A DNA stretch of 18,020 nucleotides, taken from Candidatus Thorarchaeota archaeon (lineage in GTDB: Archaea > Asgardarchaeota > Thorarchaeia > Thorarchaeales > Thorarchaeaceae). The position numbers and the translations under genes are program-made. Of the stretch, positions 8,201-17,700 are shown piece after piece. Position 1 is the stretch's first letter, and every line of letters starts with the position of its first letter. Where the stretch lies: the NCBI GenBank assembly GCA_016839605.1, contig JAEOTX010000201.1, positions 1 through 18,020 on the forward strand, read 5' to 3'. The notes under the pieces are model-generated. The model did not search any database and was not told where the DNA came from. It was given only the letters and a program-made list of their open reading frames with translations.

Positions 8201-11200
8201 CCTCTTCACGTTCAAGAACGGCATGTTCGAGTTCGAGGACTTCATGAAAATTGTAGAGTGGGGACTACACATCAAGATCACTTTGAGCAAGGAGTTCACC
8301 CTGATTGACATATTCACCGCTGGACTAGGTGGTGGTGCCCTCGCTGCAATTATGGAGTTCCTTGGCCTCGACATGATAAAGATAATTTTCATGCTCGCCG
8401 TGGAGTTGGATATTGTAAAGAAGGCAGCATCAGCAACGGCTCCTGAGGTCTCAACTCTCACAATCGCCATCACGTTTGGAATCACAGTCCATATTCCCAT
8501 CGACCTAATTATCGTGGCGATCATCATCGACCTCGGAATGGAGATAATACTGACATTCTTCCAAGACTTTGCGTCGTCAGCACCCATGAAGATAACGTTA
8601 CGGCTGTTATTTACAGTGGAGGTCACCTTCCGCTTCCTCTTCTTCGAGGAAGGGGACTCGTGGACCTGGGAGCCTGGCGGCCCCTGGGACCTCAGCCCCT
8701 CGAAGGGCACACAAGAATACAATGAGTCCGGAGTAGGATTTGATACGGATAACGATGGTCTCAGCGACGAATATGAAAAGGAGATACCCGGTCTCGACTG
8801 GCAAAAGGCTGACACCGACGACGACGGTGCCGACGATAAACTCGAGGTGCAGACCATAGGCTCCGACCCGGTCGTCGCTGATACAGATTTCGACGGCCTC
8901 TTGGACGGCGAAGAATGGGAGCTGGGAACAAGCGTTATGTGGCCAGACACTGACTGGGATGATCTCACAGATTATGAAGAAGTCAAGATCTACGGGACCG
9001 ATCCATTCACTCAGGACACCGACGGAGATCACTTGACTGACGCGTATGAGGTCTATACGCGTTGGAACATGACCCAGACTCCGACTGTTGAGTACGTCAC
9101 CATCGGAGGCGTGAAGTATGACGACCATACAGATCCGCTTAATCCCGACACTGACGGAGACGGCCTTCTAGACGGGCAGGAAGGCCCTGGAGGGGCATTC
9201 TACGGTCTCGACTCTCTCTACAATGACACAGAGGGCTCTGGCTGTGACCCTGCACCACTCATCTTCAATGATGGATATACTCATCCGCTCGATGCCGATA
9301 CAGACGACGACTCGTGGCTGCAGCTCTACGACGGGTGGATCGATATGCAACTCATGATGTTGCTCCATCCTGCTGGCACTGAGGGTCAAGAGTACCCGAT
9401 GAACGACGGTAATGAGGTCGCTGGCTTTGACATCATCCTCTATGATGACGAGGGCGAGCCATATGAGAAGCATGTCTACACTAATCCCTGTAACCCTGAC
9501 ACAGATGGAGACACGGGTGTTTCTGCCGAAGAACGGACTAATCCACCACCAGGAGCTTGGTTGAACTCTGACGGCTACGAGCTAGCTCAGGACCCACCAA
9601 GTGATCCAACTGATGGAGATTCGGATGACGACGGCCTTATCGACGGGTTGGAAGGTGTACTAAGACAGGATAGCAACCACACATTCTATCTAGACGCGGA
9701 TACCGACGATGATGGCCTTCCGGATATGCTGGATCTTCTCCTGGGCACCGATCCTCTCTCGCCTGATACGGATCTTGACATGGTTTCCGACGGCGACGAA
9801 TTTTACCTCTACGGCACTTCTCCGACTGTTTTCGACAGTGATTTCGACGGCTTATCTGACGGTGAAGAATTGTTCTTCTGGCATAGCAATCCTATGGCCG
9901 ACGATAGCGACGGGGATCACTTGATGGATGGGTACGAAGTTTTAATCGTTGGAAGCGATCCGATGGACGAGGACAGTGACAACGACGGCTTGACCGATTT
10001 TGAGGAGTTCTACATCTACTACACGCTACCGTTTGTCTATGACAGCGACGGAGACGGGCTTTCCGACGGCGACGAAATTCATGTCTATGATACAGATCCG
10101 CTGAATTGGGATACGGATCATGACTCTATCCGTGAACCGAATGAGTTCGGCGAGATGACCTGGCCAATGTCAGACTATGACGAGGTCATGATCTGGGGCA
10201 CGAACGCAACAGGGACGGATTCTGACATGGATGGTCTCGATGATGCCATCGAGCTTTATCTCGGTGGATGGACGCTATACATGGGGACCAGTCCGCGCCC
10301 GGTAGCTCCGTGGTTGGAGCCAATCCCCATTGATCCTCTGAATCGAGACACCGACGGAGACTGGCTGATCGATGGTTCAGAGCTCATGCTGCAGAACGTA
10401 TCAGGACTCATCTACCCATATAGGGCGATTACTGTAGTCTACAGATTCAACTCCTCGCCCGTCTTGATGGACACTGACAACGATAGCTTAACTGATTACC
10501 AAGAAGCAATCGTGTTTACTAGTAATCCCAGATCAAATGATACGGATCAAGATACGATTCTTGACTGGTGGGAGATCTGGGTCTACAACACGTCTGCTTT
10601 GCGGGACGATAGCGACGGAGATGGCCTTCTGGATAATGAGGAGACATTGTATGAGGTTTGGCCGTGGGGTCCGTGGCCGCCCACCAACTGGTCCACTGGC
10701 ATTGGAGAAGGGGACAACGGAACAATAGGCGGCTACGTGCCGCCGTTCGCTCTGGCTGAGGAGCCTGCGATGTTCCACCCTGCACAAGACCCTCTGTATC
10801 CAACTGACGCAACAAATCCAGATTCCGACGGAGATTATCTTCCTGATGGAGCTGAGGTTTTATACTATGAAACCGACCCCATGGACACAGACAGCGATAA
10901 TGACGGCATCGAAGACACTTTCGAGTTTGATACAGATCTTGATGCGCTCCCGGATGGCATAGAGTTTCAGATAGGTCTCCAGGGAACGTGGGGTGGAGGA
11001 TTCCTCAATCCTGATTCAGACCTGGATGGTATTTTGGATGGCGACGAGTACTACATCTACGGAACTGACCCGGCAGAAATGGATAGCGACGGCGACGGCT
11101 ACTCAGATGGCCTAGAAATCGTCTTAGGGCTTGATCCTCTGGCGTTCACATCAAATCACGACTTCGATCTAGCACTGGCAGTGGAGCGAGGACAGAACAG

Positions 11201-11747
11201 CATGATGATTCTGTTGCCCACAGCTGAGCAAGATGTCTATCAAGACTCCCAAGTAGCTGTGGCGAACTTCACGCCATTCCAGGACATGTGGTTCCGCTAT
11301 CGCTATGACAATGGTACTGGCTGGAGCACCAATATCTCGTTAGACTACCTTCCAGCAGCACAACAGTGGAGAAGTACCGACCATAGATGGGACCCAGGTA
11401 ACATCACGCTTGAGGTGTTCGGACGGAACAACACAGGAGTCATTCACGCACAGACGGTATGGTTCATGGTACAACCAGGTGACACGCCGTTTCCATGGTT
11501 GTTGGTCGGAATCGCAGCAGGAGGTGTTCTGGGAGTAGTCATTGTTGGGTTCGTTGGCAAGAGGATGGGCTGGTGGGGCAAGCTGGGCCGCCGATTACGG
11601 ATACGGCGAGGAAAGAAGGACGCGGCAAAGTCCGCGAAGAAAGAGAAGAAGGACACGAAGAAGGCCAAGCCAAAGAAGACGAAGGCTTCTGAAAAGGAAA
11701 CTAAGAAGAAACCAGGCCCGAAGAAGGGCGAAGGAGGAGGGCGGTAA
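5205..11747 (+). CDS. Giant membrane-anchored surface glycoprotein with thrombospondin type-3-like (bacterial TSP3) Ca-binding repeats
   Basis: 2180 aa. Signal peptide MNRRLLRIQLLSLAFVTLMVIGYVPQAVWA; amphipathic helices at about aa 296-890; hydrophobic beta-rich segment at about aa 890-1147; D(T/S)DxDGLxDxxE repeats at about aa 1180-1979; small beta domain; TM FPWLLVGIAAGGVLGVVIVGFVG from aa 2096; Lys-rich tail. GGAGG at 5189-5193. Confidence 0.9.
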   Translation: MNRRLLRIQLLSLAFVTLMVIGYVPQAVWAGQMIDQEKEIFPKPFEGYNLDPIYIFYDPNDEILTAVAESVYEILTFRLNFVELIPASSYTIVEARLHDAPWIAIYALNTDLGHVIFEDRNMEWRQFYQLVNEYWSTQHVIGTGNTFSLAPKLSSLDTNIHHSNVEQVDGLLLILYDVWAVADIVEQRAHVNSAYENAGKDIRSMAVKLYGDNMESLVRRTLEPVDLVGEEDEFALAERTEDMWDRHAPTIRPAAYKMQEDGSLAEVPLDDLPEDFSPGIRLCSPAEVTSSDFSLGEIPLFSALNGPIGDIIDILLDVLAGEGQTEITIPTNIIESIQSAFEVIEPIVGIVSDFDLDSPLKSVVDALASEFPFIEEFKDYLNIMLKALFNLRGDISDILEIVWELVVALLPDIIPEEITEFLFDILGVNDGLWDLVSEVVSEGKGVFDAIFGFFTNRALKAVMNKTLAASLSLSVPEIDTLLPRMVNFVTATVNFLTSGDYVKFIRELGDDLFSSIFSTAGLETSIANVMAVIEMALTSVELVDTYEASTMMQMVIDMLNQFLPSGLTQSADSLSQSLLAVVKTYSEGALSDVSAFKSELLTIVEGAVSGIVTASQKNLIVDIITLIAGFHNDGFNKNQLPDVLEIAHGVINEFGYAHGGYATLAQMQDLGEAIDDLVGPVLGIIAMVSDSDALKSFVSKTVSDFQSELGSIPDMVTKALDFLDTTNVFSTYQDELEMLSEIAAGVINLIKDAKGQSFQGIMQGLLMSAGMMLGSLPDFDDVPLDPVLKLLQQFFPKAFGLDPQNMPSPQETVNQIFNIIEPLMHSILDSDSLRELLTFFMQVKDIFTGGVKWLVGKLFDWLGGLLNPVFDDLENMIKELFAGITDLLGYSTTLPIGLGDWSLFDLSIALGIRVEFDIDLTPLFDLISSMIFDARSTFAIDDVGDFFQVIFSFFEITPQFYAELGVGGFDSSKNAIMGTLLSLLGLELAFEGSAKFVLNLFTFKNGMFEFEDFMKIVEWGLHIKITLSKEFTLIDIFTAGLGGGALAAIMEFLGLDMIKIIFMLAVELDIVKKAASATAPEVSTLTIAITFGITVHIPIDLIIVAIIIDLGMEIILTFFQDFASSAPMKITLRLLFTVEVTFRFLFFEEGDSWTWEPGGPWDLSPSKGTQEYNESGVGFDTDNDGLSDEYEKEIPGLDWQKADTDDDGADDKLEVQTIGSDPVVADTDFDGLLDGEEWELGTSVMWPDTDWDDLTDYEEVKIYGTDPFTQDTDGDHLTDAYEVYTRWNMTQTPTVEYVTIGGVKYDDHTDPLNPDTDGDGLLDGQEGPGGAFYGLDSLYNDTEGSGCDPAPLIFNDGYTHPLDADTDDDSWLQLYDGWIDMQLMMLLHPAGTEGQEYPMNDGNEVAGFDIILYDDEGEPYEKHVYTNPCNPDTDGDTGVSAEERTNPPPGAWLNSDGYELAQDPPSDPTDGDSDDDGLIDGLEGVLRQDSNHTFYLDADTDDDGLPDMLDLLLGTDPLSPDTDLDMVSDGDEFYLYGTSPTVFDSDFDGLSDGEELFFWHSNPMADDSDGDHLMDGYEVLIVGSDPMDEDSDNDGLTDFEEFYIYYTLPFVYDSDGDGLSDGDEIHVYDTDPLNWDTDHDSIREPNEFGEMTWPMSDYDEVMIWGTNATGTDSDMDGLDDAIELYLGGWTLYMGTSPRPVAPWLEPIPIDPLNRDTDGDWLIDGSELMLQNVSGLIYPYRAITVVYRFNSSPVLMDTDNDSLTDYQEAIVFTSNPRSNDTDQDTILDWWEIWVYNTSALRDDSDGDGLLDNEETLYEVWPWGPWPPTNWSTGIGEGDNGTIGGYVPPFALAEEPAMFHPAQDPLYPTDATNPDSDGDYLPDGAEVLYYETDPMDTDSDNDGIEDTFEFDTDLDALPDGIEFQIGLQGTWGGGFLNPDSDLDGILDGDEYYIYGTDPAEMDSDGDGYSDGLEIVLGLDPLAFTSNHDFDLALAVERGQNSMMILLPTAEQDVYQDSQVAVANFTPFQDMWFRYRYDNGTGWSTNISLDYLPAAQQWRSTDHRWDPGNITLEVFGRNNTGVIHAQTVWFMVQPGDTPFPWLLVGIAAGGVLGVVIVGFVGKRMGWWGKLGRRLRIRRGKKDAAKSAKKEKKDTKKAKPKKTKASEKETKKKPGPKKGEGGGR
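8742..11141 (+). repeat. Protein-level TSP3-like repeat array, about 26 units (23 canonical, 3 split by insertions)
   Basis: Counted by eye from DTDNDGLSDEYE to DSDGDGYSDGLE. Consensus D(T/S)DxDGLxDxxE...G(T/S)(D/N)P. Units are diverged at the DNA level. Confidence 0.9.
11733..11740 (+). promoter_or_regulatory. Shine-Dalgarno sequence for the FG-GAP gene, embedded in the last codons of the upstream gene
   Basis: GGAGGAGG 8 nt before ATG 11749; the upstream TAA is at 11745-11747. Confidence 0.75.
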
Positions 11748-11748
11748 C

Positions 11749-14700
11749 ATGAAGGCTAGACTATCACTGATGACCTTGTTTGCGATTGTAGTGATGACCA
11801 TCGGCATGTTCAGTGTGGTGCCAGCAGTGCCCAACACCGGCCGCGCTGATGCTGCATCATCTGTCGACACGGGGCCAATGGCCTTCGACATTGATGACTT
11901 TCCAAATGATGTCATTAGTACGCTCGCTGAAGACACTGAACCGGGAATTGATCCAGACTGGGACATCGGACTCGTTCTTCAGGACAGAGAGAATCATTAC
12001 AAGACAATCTTCGAGCCATGGAAGACCAAAGCAGCAATTCATGCAGTCGCATACCACGAGCCAACCGGGTTCCTAGCACTGGGTGGTGGATATCTCTACG
12101 ACAATGAGGTCCACATCTGGCGGTTGAACACAGAAACCGGTGACTTCGACAAGGTATGGGACTCAGGTGACAGTATTCTGCGCTCTGACGTCTTCTCTCT
12201 TGCTTGGGGTGACACCGACCTCAATGACTTCGTAGAGGTTGCTGCAGCGAGTGCTGACGGCTTCGTGTACCTGTTCGAACAGAGGCACATCTTCGATCCT
12301 CAAGCCAACACAGAGAACATGTTCGACCATGTGTGGACAAGTCCTCACACCTTCAGAGCATTCGATGTGAAGATCTATGATGCTGATCGCGACTATCGAG
12401 AAGACATCATAATCGGTGGTTGGGACGGCAAAGTCAGGTGCTTCGAGTACGACGACCACTCAAACTATCCATTCTCTGAAGAACACTGGATCTCATTCCG
12501 TGAGGTCTGGAACTCGAACGTTTCTATCGATGGCCGAATCTACACTATTGGTTACGGAGACACGAACTTCAATGGTTTGCCAGAGATAATCGCTGGCACT
12601 CGCGAGGGTCGAGTCTACGTGTTTGAGAATGATGGAATCCACCTAATGATAAACGGTGAACCTTTCCCGCTTGTCAATGACAACAACTACAAACTTGTCT
12701 GGACTAGCGAGAACTACACTTGGACTCCAATTCTAGACATGACCGTTGGAGAGCTCGATGGTACTCCAGGCGAGGAGATTGCATTGGTTGCACAGGGTCA
12801 GGGTGTCTTTGTACTCAACTGGGACGAGTTCTATCAGCGGTATGACTACCATAGAGTATTCCGTCCATGGGATGCTTGGCAGACCTCAGAGGTTGCTCCC
12901 TGGCGCCTCGATTTCTGGGCTGATTCACTTGTGAGTGCAAACAATGTCACTAGCTACATGACAAATGGGACTCCGATGACTGAACCTATAGAATACGTAT
13001 ACATGGGAGCAGGAGTATTTGAGCCTGATACTCCTGCCTATCCATATAATTCAGCTTTGGCAAACTCCTCTGATTTCAACTACTCATGGTTCAGAGCAGA
13101 TCTGGCACCTAATGCAACAGCGCTCATTGACTTCGGGAAAGATGAGGAGGGCACTGGTAGCGCAAGCGCTGATTGGGACATAGTGCTCAAGTTCTCACCG
13201 ATTAATCCGCCGAGTGTGTTCAGTCTGAATTTATCAATTGGACAGTCAAGCACTCACCTTGAACAGATAGACATGTCACGTCTGTTCGCATTCAATGAGT
13301 ATCTCTTTGTTGATGTGGATGATGTACTCAGTGAAAAGCAATGGGACTGGTTCCGCTATCTTGAGATTGTCGCGTTCGACGGAGAGCTCTATGCTTTAGA
13401 CTCCATTGAACTGCAGCAGGTCTATACTCAACTCACAACAGCACTCTGCATTGAAATCGGACCCTTGCCGCAAGCATTCAACCTCTATGGTCCTCCAGAT
13501 GAGGATGATATGCTCATCGTATCGACGGTTGTTGGTAACTTCTATGCATTCGATTGGGATGATGCAAATTCTGAGTACGACCTCATCTGGGACTCGTCTC
13601 GAGACGACTTCTTCACTTTTGGCTCGAATGTCTGGGACATAGAGTATGTTGGTTCGAACACAAACTTCCCAATCTACCTCAAGGGAGGAATAGACTATGG
13701 GGCAAATCCAGCTAATGGTGTCTACTCACATTGGTCTGTAATTGACATGGAGATCTGGGAAGTATCGGGATCCACATACCCCCATGAAGTTGTGGTTGTT
13801 GATGATGCGCATGGAATCCGTGTCTTCGCACCTAATGGTCCAGACCTTGGTCCAGGTTTTGACGTGACTAGAAGTGCATATTTCACTCCAATCGAGACGG
13901 AAATCACAAATGTGATGGGGCCGACTGCAAATGCAACAGTTGAAACAGCGATTCTGCAGAACCCATGGACGTTCCCACAATCACTTGCTGTCGTGGGAGT
14001 CTTTGACCCCACCTTTGTCACTGATGACTTGTACGGAACTGGGGTAGGTGAACAGATTGCAGATATCTGGTTCTTTGAGAGAGGCAGCACTACTGTTCCG
14101 TATGAAACAATGAACTACAAGACAATGCTTGATCTTGATGTTACAGGTGATATTGTACAGGCACTATCCAATGCAAAAACAGTCCCACGAATGTTGTTCC
14201 ATGACTATGATGGCGACGGGGACTTGGACATGATTCTTTCAACCGGATTCCTCTACTACTGTGAAAACATTGGATATGCCGAAGATGACTGGGCACGGTT
14301 CAGGATGGTGAAAGGTTACTTCGAGTCTCTTAACGATGACGACGAGATGAACGACTACTGGGGTCAGCCCGAAATCTGGGATGTAGACCGTGATGGAGTT
14401 GAAGACCTAATTCTGAGCTATGACTCACGTGAAGGAGGAACCTGTTACCTCAACCATGGCACAAGAGAGAATCCTGAATGGGTGAAGACAAAGAAGCTAT
14501 TCTCAAACACCAGACCTGAGACCAATCTGAAGTTCAATGACTACACTGGACTCAGAATGGTTCCGCATGGATGGGGCATGATGCAGGACTGGTGGTATGA
14601 TTTCAACTCTGACATGACCACGTTTCAAGAATCGGAGTACACGATGATGGCGTGGAAGAAGGATACTAATCAATTAGGCATCTTTTGGCCTGTCTATGAC

Positions 14701-17700
14701 CAGTCTGCGAGCTACATTGTGGCTACCTATCCTACTGTTAGCAGGTTGGAGTTTGCTGTGCAGACAGAAGGTGGTCTAAACTTCGGTTACCACATCATGG
14801 AGTCATGGAACACAGAGGATGACCTTGAAGATTGGACTCTCAGTGTCACAACTGGTGATGTCGATTCAGATGGGAAGGGCGAAGTGATTGTAGGTGACTA
14901 TGATAACAACATCTACGTCTTTGAACACATGCTGAATAACACCTACAAGCGTGCCTTCAGATCGTGGGACATCAATCACACCGAGGTCAGTAACTCTAGC
15001 CCCTATATGTGGGAGGAGCTAGAAGGCATCGAAGGAACCTTCAACCGCGTCATTTGGGACCATGTTGAACATGTGCTCGCTGATTGCGATTTAGATGGTG
15101 ATGGCTTCAAGGAGCTGATAGCAGCAGCAGGACTTCAGGTCTATGTGTTCGAGGACACTGGAATAGATGACACCTATGAACTTGCGTATGAGTTTGATAT
15201 GCGGAACAATCCGTATGTCCACGATGCCGAGTGGCAACGCGTGACGGGAGTCACTGCAATAGGTGCTGGAGACGATTACGACCTTAATGGAGAGCAAGAG
15301 CTCCTTGTCGCTGTAGGTCCCTTCCTGTTCGTATATAATATACCATTCAATTCTTGGACATACCAGCATGAGTATTTCATGAGAAGTGGTGGTAATCCTG
15401 AGGGTAGATTCTATCTTCTGGGCAATGGAGCCTTGGAGGAATTTGAGGATGCTTGGATCCAGACTATGGCTCTCTGTGATGTAGATGAAGATGGCTATCG
15501 TGAGATTATCATCGGCGGCAGGGTAAATGTGACTCAAATGAGAGAGGACGGCTTCCTCAAGGTCTACGAATGGAAAGGAGTAGGCTTTGTTGAGGTATGG
15601 GAAGCTCCTACTGAAGTCACTTATTGGAACCCTGTGACAAGTGTGGTTATTGACGACCAAGACTTCGATTCGCATCAAGAAATCATAATCGGTCACACGA
15701 AGGGCTTCGACATTTGGGAGTGGAATGGTGATGATGATGGCTACATCAAGGTGGATGTTGTTACATCCTCTCCAAACTATCCTGTAGTGCCCCTCCAGAC
15801 AGCAAGGCAAGGAAACGTCATCGCAAACGAACTTCAATCACTAACCGCCAGAGGTTTTAGTGATATAGAGTACATGTCATGGGCTCCGAATGCACCGATC
15901 ATGAGTGTATTTACTCAGCATTTCGAATTTGGAAGTCCGAATGACATCCTCTGCTACAAGATCTATGATCCTGTAGCCGAAGAATGGAGTACTGCAACCA
16001 TGATCGTTCATGATTATGGTTACGGGCCTGCCACTGTTGAAGAGTATGAGCCCTCATTGTTCTTGCACTCTGATGGTACACTGTATCTAGTTTGGAGAGC
16101 AGACATCCACTACTCTGGCGGTGATGCATATCGATTCTACATATCCTACTGGAATCCCGGTGGAGGGAATTGGGTTGCGGCTGCACCTATTTCTGCTAGC
16201 TACACTGAGTTTCACTATCCATCACTGTTTGCGTACGATGATGGCCATCTTGGACTCGTCTTTACAAACAACTATCCACTCCTCCATGTAGCAGGAATAA
16301 TCGAATCAACCGGTACATGGAATTCATGGGGGCTTGCAAATGTTCTGACCTTCAAGAACTGGGTCTACTATGAGGTATATATGACCGACATCATCGAGAT
16401 TCCTACTGTCGGATATGCTCTGGCAATCTCTGGCCGAAACAGGACGATGGCAAAGACCGACCTGGACATCTTTGTTGCTATAAGTAATTCTTCATTCATC
16501 TTTGCTGACCGCCCAATGTACCAGGCAACCTCCTCGTACAACAATGAGATACATCCAGACTTGGGTGTGTTAGCTGCACCTGAGAGATCTTTAGTGGTCG
16601 TCTATGAGTCAGTCGAAGCTGACATAGAAGATCGCATTCAGATGAGCTATAGCAACACCTACATGATGTGGAGACAGTCTGAGCCGCTGGCTACCTTGCC
16701 GCCATATATTATCCGTACTGAACTACCTGGCGGGCAAGTCGCTTATGGTTGGAACGAAACAGTTCCCGCAATAGCTCCAATTGCTCTCAGTCCTAGTGTC
16801 CTAGGCCTAAGAAATGGTGGGTTCATGCAGATGCATGCATTTGACTTTTTCACACGAGGAGATACTGAGATGAATATTGCAGCATATCCTGCAGAAATCA
16901 GAAAAGGAACCCCCTATGATATTGCAAAATATGTAGAAAACGCTGATCTTGTTTGGGGTATCAATCCGTCATCCCGATTTACTCACTTCAACATCCGCAG
17001 TGTCACTCAACTTGATGTTGGAGACACTGATGGAGATGGTCGCCGTGAAGTAGCTGCTGGATTCGACAATAAGGCTGGAGTCTATGAGCTTACTCACTCG
17101 AACGTCGGTTCGGAGATTATGGAGCATGAAGAGGTCTGGCTCACTAATCCGCTGCCAAATGACATCACTGGTATTAGTGTCTACGACACTAATGGCAACG
17201 GGTTTGAGGAGATTGCAGTCTCATGTGAACGTGGTGAGGTCTATGTCTATGAGATTGAGGATTCTGGTACTGACCGAGTACATCTGAAGTATAGTGACAA
17301 GTTGTGGGTCAGCTCCATAGGAAATCCTGCAGCTCATTCCGGTAGTCCAGGCAGTGGTTTCCATACTGTTGAGGTGTTCGACCTCGATGCTGATGGAGAG
17401 GATGAGATCATCCGTGGTGAGGTTGGTGGAGTCATTCGGGCTATCGATGATGACGGAACTGAGTTATGGGCCAATGGAGACTTTGGTGGTGCAGCCTTCT
17501 ATATCGATGTAGGAGTGGCATCAGGTACTCCATTCGTTTCGGTCATGAGAGTGGATGGATGGCTCACAGTGATAAACGGTGAAACCGGAGCGACAAATGC
17601 CAACCAAAGACTGGACACCTTCTTGTGGGGATCCGTAGGGATGGGCAACATAGTTGCAGGTACTGGAGATGATGTGATTGCGACCAACTCCACTGGTTAC

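Noticed and set aside
8084-8968. 294-aa - strand ORF (and other long antisense ORFs such as 8607-9128 and 15091-15837)
   Set aside because: These are shadows produced by codon bias of the Asp/Glu-rich sense genes.
8742-11141. Periodic GAC/GAT-rich DNA considered as CRISPR or DNA tandem repeats
   Set aside because: The periodicity is at protein level with synonymous divergence; there are no identical repeats with unique spacers.
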